Origin: Pavona decussata
Taxonomy: Eukaryota
Direction of reading: 5' to 3'
NCBI GenBank assembly: GCA_977016875.1
Contig: CDRNST010000318.1
Location: 3,224,001-3,288,000, forward strand
Length of the DNA stretch: 64,000 bases
The notes beneath the pieces were generated by a model. It was not told the DNA's origin, did no database searches, and saw only the letters and a program-made list of their open reading frames with translations. This document shows, piece after piece, positions 34,447-44,485 of this stretch (position 1 is the first letter of the stretch; each line of letters starts with the position of its first letter). Position numbers and translations under genes: made by a program.

Positions 34447-36417
34447 TTTGATCTCCAATGATCTGAGTGATGGCGAAAATGAGGAATAAAACCTCTGGTG
34501 ATGCAACTTTCAAAATGGCGCAGCTTTCAGTGTTGTTGTTTGGGAAGAGTAGGACTGGGACCGACAAATAATGCGAGCCTCGTTCAGAAGTAAAAGATCG
34601 GAAAGAAAAAGGGAAAAGGGAAAAGGGAAAAATGAGAGGGGGTATGGGAGGACGGGAAGAACGAGAAATGGAGATCCCCGCGCTATCCCCCGCGCTCCGT
34701 ATTTTTCCCCTCCATCCAATGGTAACTAGTGCATTGCAAGACGAGGCGCTGCAGGACACGGGCTTCAACTTCTCTCGTGCACGATCTCTCGTATTAAATC
34801 AGTACGAAACATTGAAGACGTAGCTGCTATCTGACTCTTTGCGCCTGAGTATTTGGGATTTAATGTCGGAAGTACATTTGTCAGCTACCAGAGACGAGAT
34901 GATTTCCACCATGTAACATATACAGTTTAATCTCTCTGTAAACACGGACACCGAAAGGACCAAGCTAAGCGTCATTTTAAAGGCTTCGCTGAAAGCATTA
35001 AAATTGACTCTAACTCGTATAAAGTCGTATTGAAGGTGCATCTCAGCTACTACTTTATAATAAACATCATTGAGACACATTTGTTGAACTCTAATAATTG
35101 TTATAAAAATAAGACTTTATTTAAGTTTTTCATCTGAGAAGGTTGTGATATTCTTACGGACAGCACTCGCATGTCTCTTTTTTATATCAAACTCCGAATC
35201 CGCTTTTCAAATTATACATATCTCAATGTTTATTCTAAGTTTAAAAAATTCTAAGGAATGGATTCAGAGCCATTTTAACTTTTCGAGTTAGCTTGGATTC
35301 ACCCTGTTTTGTAAAAAGCGAGGAAACAGGATTAAGTTCCGTTAAAGCTTCACTGTATGACTTCACTTTGAACGGAGCTCTGGCCGTGTCATCGTGTTTG
35401 CTGTCTTGGGTCGAGATTCACTGTCCGTTGTCCGTATTAAAGACGATTTTTTTTAATAAATAGCTATGGGGATTTTGCCAGGACTTAGGGGACTGCGTAC
35501 TGCTACTTTCAGAGAGGTTTGACTGTATTCTGCGTGTGTAAGGATAACGAAGGGTGATAGTTTTTAAAGAAAGCGTGGTGCTACGTCGCAGGTGTTGGTG
35601 GTAGGAGGGTAGGGGGAGTGAAAACTTATCCCTTGGGCTGAAAATTTATAAAGTTGGTCACCGAGAGATTCGGTTGGCCTTATCAACTCATCAAATATAC
35701 AAAATGACATTAAATCTCAAAATTCTGTAAATCTCATTCACCTGTCACCATCTTGCAATTCCAATTTTTAATTTCCCATGTCCATTTTCCCATGCCCCAT
35801 TCCTCGTTTTAGTGATATCCGCTCTTTGTTAATGACTTGTCCCCCGGGAAACATAAGTAAACTGTGAAAAACAAAACGATCTATTGCGCTGGAATTTCGC
35901 GCATGGTTGACATGCAAAGTGAATTTTAATATTTCATGTCTGTTAAAATTAATATGTTCCTTCTTGGCTTATCCTAGTCTTCCCACCTGTTATAAGCTGC
36001 CTGGATACATTCCTGTAATACAAATGTAGTCTGGATGTCGCAATAAAACTGTCAGCCTTTCACCACGAAAACAATAACATTGACGCGTATACGCTAACAT
36101 GCCATTCACAATACGTACACAATGACTAAATTACGTAAATGTGGTTTTGGTCGATAAGACGGTATCCATATATTTTAACCCAAATTAAATATGAACGTGA
36201 AATACAGGAAAGTATTGGATAAAAACAAAGCGAAGAAAACATGTAAATGTTAAACTCTTGGTGACCGCATGTCAGGTAACACGCATGTAAGCCGACGAGC
36301 CACCGGAAGATGTAATTAAATAATTCCTGCGACAAGAGCGCAGAATGTTTAATTTTAACAACGTATTCTCGATATTTCCTTTGTAATTTCCTATTTAATG
36401 TTTGCGGCAGCGTCTTA

Positions 36418-37101
36418 TTAATCTGTTATGTCTTCAATTAATATTCCATAGTGAATAGCGTTGCCTCTCGTGGGCAAATGTTTAGGGAAATTAATCCATT
36501 TAGCCTTTCTGGGCTTTGTTAATCTTGCGGTCTGGATTACAGTTGTTCCTTCAATACACGCATGCTTTTCAAGTTTTCCGGGTTCTTCTTCTTCCTCTGA
36601 CAAAACAGCATACCCAAATATGCTTGCCCATGTACTTTTGAAGTTTCTTTGAAGGCGGTACTTAAAATCAAGCTTTCCATTATTATGAGGCGACGCTGAC
36701 TGACGGCTATTCGTGGTATTATCCCATAGACTTTGGACGGCGCACGAGATAGCCTCAATCCATTTTTCACAACTCGATTTACAGTCAGTTTTCAAAAGAT
36801 GAACACCTCCTTTCCCGTACAGCTTAAATTTGTAAGTTCCTTCTTCTGTATCTCGCAAATTCTCAACCCTCGCTTTAGACTGCTGATGCAGCCGGCTCCG
36901 TTTTGACACCTTTCTGCCCAAAACTTTACACGTCGTTTCCTCCGTAAGTTTAACGATTCCTGCGATTTTCTGTTCAATTTCACTGATGAAGACGAGTTTA
37001 TCTTCACGTAAGACTACCCAGTATTGCTTCCATGTATTTTTCTTCATTTTCTTCCCCAATAATTCAGCGTAGAAGAAGTCAGTCGCTCCTGCCTTCACCA
37101 T
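36418..37101 (-). CDS. Single-exon PH-domain protein (227 aa)
   Basis: PH signature: LLGKKMKKNTWKQYWVVLREDKLVFI ... YKFKLY..GVHLLKTDCKSSCEKWIEAISCAV (C-terminal helix Trp). Good Kozak context GCCGTCATGG. Confidence 0.85.
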   Translation of the reverse strand: MVKAGATDFFYAELLGKKMKKNTWKQYWVVLREDKLVFISEIEQKIAGIVKLTEETTCKVLGRKVSKRSRLHQQSKARVENLRDTEEGTYKFKLYGKGGVHLLKTDCKSSCEKWIEAISCAVQSLWDNTTNSRQSASPHNNGKLDFKYRLQRNFKSTWASIFGYAVLSEEEEEPGKLEKHACIEGTTVIQTARLTKPRKAKWINFPKHLPTRGNAIHYGILIEDITD

Positions 37102-37989
37102 GACGGCGATTGATCAAGTTTACGTTTTGACGAGAAGATCCTGTGTGGTTGTGAGACTCCAAAACCGACAAAGGGATCGAATTTTTAAAGTTCTTATTGC
37201 TCAGGACCAAACTACTATTTGCTTCGAGAAAGAATGAAAGAAGATATTTTAAACGTTTGAAAATTATAACTACCTGTCAGCTGTGAAACGCATCTATAAA
37301 TAGGAATGTGTGCAATATGGCCTGCCTGCGCCTAGCGATAAGAAATGTGTTTTTAATCACTAATTGACCAATAAGCGCATGGTCTGGTGACTTCACCCTA
37401 TGCCCGTTGGTTTTTGCATTCTTCGTAAAAATGTTATCAATTCACTGTTGCTCAGTCAATAATTAACAATATTCTGTCATAACTGTGAGGGTCTTCCTTC
37501 TATTTAAAATTCCGTCATTCAAGTTTGCTTTTACCATAAAATCTACTGTTTACTCAGCCGGTGAGGAGCAACTTGCCCCCTGTTGCTTAGACAAATAGCC
37601 CCCAAAAACATTAGCCGGACCTGATATGATTGGAAATAGAAGACTTAAAAAGTTCGTGTCTACCTTTTTTTTAGGTCAATGTATGTGTCGACAATAATCA
37701 ATGATGATTAGCACGTCACGACGTTAAAAAAAAAAAAAAAAAACGAAGATCGAATTTATTTGAAATGAAATTTAACGGAATTGTTTTGGAACGGAATCTA
37801 TAAAGGCCTCTAGCAAGATATAATCCGACTGAATTATTTTAAATCGGATTAGACTCACCACAGTAACGTGAACTGAGCTGATTTGTAACACAGCAAGACT
37901 CATGAATATCCGCGACATGCTGAACATCCTTGGAATCCCTACAACGCTGCTTTGAGATTTGTAACAATTACTCGGCTGGGACACACGTT

Positions 37990-38140
37990 CGGTCCACCAA
38001 ATCATCCGCTCAAGTTCAGACACATTTTTGCTCATATTATTATGTTTATAGTCTTTATAAGCTTCTTTTCTCGTGCGATCCATTCATGGAACAGCCTCCC
38101 TTATTTTGTTACTGCAGACTTCAGTATCAGATGCCTTGGG
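37990..38140 (+). mobile_element. Degenerate 3' remnant of a CR1/L2-type LINE ORF2
   Basis: Translation HPLKFRHIFAH...SFFSRAIHSWNSLPYFV matches the SFFxRxIxxWNxLP C-terminal signature of these LINE ORF2 proteins. Confidence 0.6.
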
Positions 38141-38909
38141 AAGCTTTGCCACCTATCATACTATATTGTGGTCTTCCGGCCTTCTTTTCATGATTCTGTT
38201 GTTTTTATATAGTTATTGTTTCCGCTATGACCATAGAATAGTCGTCTCGTCTGCTAGCCGGATTATTAGATATGTATGCGTAACATGCCTGTCCGTTCAT
38301 GGTCTTCATGCCTCAGTATTTTTCACAGGGCTAACATCCGGAGTGAAAATCATGCAAAACGTAAAATTTTTTGACCAGCCTTTTGCAATATTCTGTTTGA
38401 ATTAGTTTGTTCAAAGCCTAAAAAATTTCAAAGCATTCCCAGTGTCCATGGAATAGAGTTTTATGAGTTAAGTGCAATAACTATATATAACCTCCTACAT
38501 TCCATCACCAATAGTAATGACATTACTGTACCCCAAGAGAGGGTACCCTCAGTAATCTTCCCTATGGGCGAATTTTTGCTGACGTCATTGTTTACATTTT
38601 TCCTCATTAGCATACGACTGAACTCACAGAAGCCATGGCTGTATATATGAACTAAATGCAAAAGTTGAAAGAGCTGATTAATTTGAGCAATTTGTGCAAG
38701 TTTCAGCTCTTTGCAAGCAATATTGAAGGAAATATCAGCCATCAAAACTGCGAAATTGCTGGGTGGCGGAAAAGTTTATAATGAGCCATACATTCTCTGT
38801 AAAATTTCGAGTTTTTAGAAGAGAATTATTCCGAAACCATTCGATTTATTGGGCTCAAATTTTCAGAGAAAACTGAAACTGTTATGCCCTTACAATGTTC
38901 AGAGTTTTT

Positions 38910-38941
<32 letters not shown>

Positions 38942-39359
38942 CATGTTAATGAGGCAAAAAGTGTAAACAAAGGCTCGCCTATAACACCACTCTACAGAGC
39001 AGTATGAATGCAACCAATTGAGGAATACTGTTGCGCGTGCTGTCTATAGTTTTCAACTGAGGAACATCTACAAATTTTCCTTCATGGATAAATTTCACCG
39101 TGTCACTGTGAACCAAAATACATGTAGAAGGTGAAAATAAAGCCCGACTACAACCATCTTTGCTCCAGTTCATTCGGGTCTTTTTCGCGAGTCTTGAAGC
39201 TGGTACAGATAAATGTTCACGATTATATATGTATGAGGAAAAGAGCTTTTTGGATTTCAGTTGAAACAGTTGATATGGTGGACTTCGCCCTCGAAAGGTG
39301 TCCGCGTGAAATTGGAATTTTTGGAAGACTGGAAACAAATAGCGCGCTATGAATGCTGG

Positions 39360-39435
39360 GACTGCGCACGCTTCGTTCTCTTTTCCGCCATCTTTGTTTT
39401 AGAACACACTGTAATTTGTGTTGGCTAAGGTAAAA
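39360..39435 (+). promoter_or_regulatory. RPS21 TCT/5'TOP-type start and non-coding first exon
   Basis: Pyrimidine tract TTCTCTTTTCC followed by CCGCCATCTT (YY1-like); donor AAG/GTAAAA near 39430; acceptor TTTAG just before the ATG exon. Confidence 0.7.
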
Positions 39436-39529
39436 ACGTGTTTGTCACTCACGAATCGTTAATAAATTAAACGAATCTGTTAACCAGTATCTTCATTGAT
39501 TGTATGACCTGTTTAGATCATTAAAGACA

Positions 39530-41152
39530 ATGCAGAACGAAGCAGGAGAATACGTGGATATGTACACTCCACGAAAATGGTCAGTGGACAACACATTCTC
39601 TGTGTTAAGAGTTCTCGTAATTAGTCTTTGGTATTTATTGTTGCATTGGAATACGATCTTTAGGTGTTTCTTTTTAATATTTTAACCCTTACAGATGCTG
39701 ATCTATGCTTCAGAGTTTTTGATATGAATAATTTGGTTAAGGTATCATTATGCACGTGCTCTTATAATTAATAGTTTGAACACTTTCCTTGTGTTTCTGC
39801 TTACAGCTCCGTCACTAACCGAGTGATTGCAGCAAAGGACCATGCTTCAGTGCAGATTAACGTCGGACAGGTAAAATACACAGCACAGTCTACCCTGGGA
39901 AGCAATTAACATGTGTTCCAAGAGTGGTTGTATTAATAGTTGCACTGTAATCTGCATCTACGGGGTAAAAGCGACCTTAAAAATACCTAAGTACTATTTT
40001 ACAGGACTACAGCTTCAGCAACTGTCTTTGTAAATTCCATTTGAAACAGTTTTCAGTTTAAAACTATTTTCAAGCAGCCATCTGCATTGAGTCAGCAGCA
40101 TCCCCTACAAAAGCATGACCATTTCCAATTTTGACATGAAGTCATTGGGCAAACAGTTTCTTACTGAAAAAGAAACATTGTAGAAAAACTGAAGTCCTTA
40201 AACTCTGGGCTGAGATCAATGTTAGACCTGTTTTAAGACCAAATTAAAGAAATACTAAGGATTTAAAACAATACCTTATTGGTTACAAAGACCACATTCA
40301 ATCGTGATGAAACAAATGTGGACAGTCACACTTACCCAAAAGAAAATTGGTTGGACCATGTCTTTATTGAAACCTGCCTAAACTTAATTATTGTCTCTTT
40401 TACTTACAGATTGATGAAACTGGTCGATTCACTGGCAATTTCACGACCTTTGCTTTGTGTGGAAATATCAGACAGAATGTATGTTAACTGTAATAATCTC
40501 TTGCTATGCAAATCATCGAGTGTAAATACTTGGATTTAACTTTGACCTGTTAGTTGTAGTGTAAAGGTCAACTCCACAAAACATTATTTTTTTTCACATT
40601 TTTTGTAAAGCAGACTAATTTCCACATTTTTCTAATCCCTGTTCCTTGCATTAATGTTGTAAATTAGTATGTGGAAATAAAGAAACTTGAAACAGATAGC
40701 ACATGTGACATGTTGGATTACTGTAAAAACCAGATGATAAACAGCATAATTGTTCTTGGCACTACCATTCCAAATAAAGTCTGAGTGCTTTCTGTTTGTT
40801 TGGTTTCTGTAGGGTGAGGCTGATGATTCCCTGACAAGGCTGTGTATCGAGAATGGCACTGTAAACAAGTATGTATCTCTAGGCTCAGTGGAAGGGGCAG
40901 AGGCTGTGGTATTTGGATTTTTTGTTTTAATTATTTCCCCAGCACTTTTCGGCAGGAATTCTTTGTTGTTCACACCATTAACATTTTTTGCTATTGCATC
41001 TAGCCTTTTTATGAAATTGTTTTAGATTTACTTTCTTATGAAGCAGTTATTATAGACATTCACTGTAGCCCACAGTTGGCTGACGATTTGATTGTTAATA
41101 CTGACTTTTTTGTTTTTGTTTCATTTCATTTCACAGGAATTATAATTCTTGA
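39530..41152 (+). CDS. RPS21: 40S ribosomal protein S21 (eS21), 84 aa
   Basis: Coding exons 39530-39579, 39807-39870, 40410-40478, 40813-40868, 41137-41152: [47 protein letters not shown]...CGNIRQNGEADDSLTRL. AATAAA near 41185. Confidence 0.96.
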
Positions 41153-41238
41153 AGCAAAGGTTACAACAAGAGAATGCAGTCATAATAAATAAACTTGTGT
41201 TAGTTGTACAGAGTGCTTTGTCTTTAATTTTATGTTTT

Positions 41239-41939
41239 TTAAGGTTACCGTATACCTTTAGAGGTGTCTCGTGTCCAAGCGATGTAGCGCGGCTGGTTCA
41301 AACTTTAGCTACCTGCAACCTTATACAAATGAAAGCTTATAGAGCTGACTATCAAACTATACCAAGAAGTTTGAAATAAAATGAATTGTTGAATCTTTAG
41401 CACTGTTTTCTCTAATCAATTATTTCACTTGAAGGGGACACTTTAAAGAGCTAAAACTCAAAGGGAATTTGTTTGTTTGCCTTCCAATTTGGACAGTAGC
41501 TAGTTTAACATACAAAACAAAATGTGTGTGCGAATTTTATCTTTTAAAATATTTTTTCTCTGAGAGCGATTTTTGTACGATCACTCCACATTTTTTTAAT
41601 CCTATTTCAAAAATGTGCTGTAACTTTTCACTGAAATTGAATATGGTAAGATGCAGACACATTTTTTTGGTGCGTTGGGTCCAAAAACTGAGGAGCTGAT
41701 TAAATTAGGGAAAAACAAAATTCGCTTTGACTTGTAGCTTTCAAAAGGTGATTCGGACGCTTGTATTTAGAGGTTGTGAAAAATTCAACATTTCATTTTA
41801 TTTCAAAATTCTTGGTATAGTTTGATAGCCAGCTCTATAAGCTTTAATTTGATATATGGGTTTAGGTATCCACAGTTTAATCAAGACGCACTACACCGTT
41901 TGGAGGCGAGACACCTCTGAAGGTATATGGTAACCTTAA
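41239..41939. mobile_element. TTAA-flanked non-autonomous DNA transposon with imperfect TIRs of about 155 bp (Kolobok-like)
   Basis: TTAA-GGTTACCGTATACCTTTAGAGGTGTCTCG ... CGAGACACCTCTGAAGGTATATGGTAACC-TTAA. The inverted match extends through AAAGCTTATAGAGCTG-CTATCAAACTATACCAAGAA. Confidence 0.85.
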
Positions 41940-42962
41940 CCCCAATTCATAGCATCCTTAATACCAGATATACCTGGGTGTACAGAGATCTGATGGTCAG
42001 TTGATGAGTGTAATAGACAAAAAGAATTGTATGAAACCAAAATAATGGGCCCTCAAAATAGGTGTTATGAATTCATGCAAACTACTTGGAAATCACCTAT
42101 CAAAAATTAGACAGCTGGCTGTCTAGAAATTGAAATTGAAACCCAAGACAAATTTACAGTATTGAATAAAAAATATTGAGAATGCTCCCTGGAAGAAAGA
42201 CTGGGATGGATAATTAACCAATGCTGTAAGATATGGGGAAAATAACAAAACCAATTTGGAGGTCAACACAGCACAGACCCACCCAAAACCTCCTCTGGCA
42301 ATGCCAACCCGCATTGCAGGGCATGCGTAAAATTGGAACAGTTTGCTGGCACCAATTAGTTTGAACATTTAACCCCCCTCTTTCCCCCCCCCCCCCCCCC
42401 CATTTTCTATGCTGGGGAATGGTATTTGAACTCTACCTGTGTAGGATGGGGAATTTGAACCTAAGTGTCAAGTTTTAATACACCTTTCTTCTTGTCCGGC
42501 GAAATACAAGTGATTCCTGATCCATGGATAAGTTCAAAGAAAAAAATGTCCCGTTTGTGAGCGATTGGGTCACCAAAGAAGGTCTCCACGAACTTTGCAG
42601 TGTTTTTAAAGGTATGAATAAAATCGACTTGAAAATGTAAATGAACCAGCATCAAAAACACTCACTACCATATGGTACATAAACTAAAAATAAAATAAAA
42701 AAGCATATATTTAGCATCATACAACTAGCTGTCCATGGTGCTTAAAACAATATTAAAAATCAATGGTAAGAGAACTCGGATTTTCTTTTTCCGAGTAGGC
42801 CTGTGACACTGAAACTGATATAAAAAATTACCTAGCGGTGTTTTCCCCCCAAAAAAATATTGAACCTACTAAGAATCTTTAACAACGGTTCACCATCTAA
42901 GTTAATGAAAAAAAAAAATAGAAGAAGAAGAAGAGAAAGAAAAATGGAAAAAAAAATTCAGA

Positions 42963-43061
42963 TGGTCCGTGAGAGGCTCGAACTCTCGACCTCGGCGTAG
43001 CTGTCGGACTTATCAGTCCGGGTGTATCAGCACCGCGCTCTGCCGACTGAGCTAACGGACC
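42963..43061 (-). tRNA. tRNA-Ile, anticodon GAT, with 26-nt intron at position 37/38
   Basis: GGTCCGT TA GCTC AGTCGGCA GAGC G CGGTG CTGATA [CACCCGGACTGATAAGTCCGACAGCT] A CGCCG AGGTC GAGAG TTCGAGC CTCTC ACGGACC A. All stems pair, A and B boxes are intact, discriminator A73, and an oligo-T Pol III terminator lies about 6 nt downstream. Anticodon 43026-43028; intron 42999-43024. Confidence 0.92.
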
Positions 43062-43301
43062 TCCGATGGATTTGAAGGGTGGCTTTTTCCATATAATAAC
43101 AATACACTATTCTGAAATCAAACAAAGGAAGCAAAACAGATATATAACGCCCAAAAATAAATAAAACAGGATTCATCTGCTGTGTATTACTTGTTGTCTG
43201 CGTGGATTTTTGTTAATTAGAGGTGATTTTAGCAATTAGTAATCATCTTTCGATTTTTTTTTTTGGTCTCTCCAGGAAGTCAAAACTCGCTCAAAATCCG
43301 G

Positions 43302-43700
43302 TATACACTGTTTTTGTTTTAACTATTCTTTTTATAAGAACATTTAAATTTTGAGGCTGAGGCTAAACGCTCTTATTATTGTTGGCAATTTGAGTCTGAA
43401 AAGTTCTTAAGATGTTCTTAAGTTATCCAATAAATCTATGCAAACGTAAGATACCTATTATTTGGGTTAATTGAACAATATCGACTGAATTTTTTTCATG
43501 TATTATATATTTTATCCGTGTCTATAGTCTTTATACTTTTCATTTTAAAAATATTTGGTTGTAATAAAAATGTTCTTAACTGGCTCTCAGCCTGGGTAAT
43601 GTTCTTAGTATGTTCTTAAATTAATCTCAGCCCACTGATCTCAGCCTCGACGTTCTTAAAGGTTCTTATTAGAAGAAAAAAAAAAAAAAAAAAGAGTGTA
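43302..43700. mobile_element. AT-rich MITE-like element upstream of the tRNA
   Basis: Ends TACACT..TTTTATAAGAAC / GTTCTTATTAGAA(A)n GAGTGTA; repeated internal TGTTCTTA and CTCAGCC motifs. Confidence 0.45.
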
Positions 43701-44242
43701 CATGAATGGCTTTCAAATAGCAAAAAAAAGGACCCGACGTTTGTTTCTCAGAAACTGCTCGCTGTAAATCGCATTTTACACCAAGAGATATTATAATGCG
43801 GTACGGTGGCCCACGCTACCTGTTCTACGGAAATAAAACATATGTACCATGTCCTATAATATAGCTAGGCCAATGTACTTAGGCTACTTCTCGAGCGGTA
43901 TTTTTTCGTTTATACCCGACCCAATTTCAGACGAGAAAGCAAAATCATGCGCATTTTCAGGTCACAATGTCAAAGAGATCTTGCCTTTGGTCGAAAACAA
44001 AAATATTCTGCACTGTTAGGCATGGTACCGTCGCTGCACAGAGAGAAGAACTTAAAAGAGCGATTCTCGACAAAAGATGCTGTTTGCCAGTATACCTAAA
44101 CCATCTGAATATAAGCCATCCAGGAACTAGGCAAACTTGACACAGAAAAAAGTTAATCAGCTCCACCATACATCAACGTGGCGGTGACAGGATTTCAAAC
44201 CCTCCTATGAGGGGCAGGAAATACCGTCACGCTATCGGTTAG

Positions 44243-44485
44243 AGAGACTGATTTATAGAGTCGCGTTTACGGCAGACGTAAGATTCCCGGTTTACGCATT
44301 CTTGACAAAAAAAAAATAAGTACATAGATGAGAATAGAGCAAAATTATTCTGACCTTTGATGCTTTAAATTCAAAACAACTCAATTTTACTGAGAAATTG
44401 CAAAAAACGATACAACTGAATGTAGGATCAACGTGGTCACGTGATCATTTCCGCTGTTTGCCGTAAACGCAATTCTCAATCTGTT
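44243..44485. mobile_element. Degenerate MITE-like element
   Basis: Inverted GCGTTTACGGCA / TGCCGTAAACGC near both ends. Confidence 0.5.

Noticed and set aside
39871-41136. Intronic snoRNAs in RPS21 (e.g. GTGATGA at about 40305)
   Set aside because: No matching D box or terminal stem, and no convincing H/ACA boxes by eye. Needs an Rfam or snoscan search.
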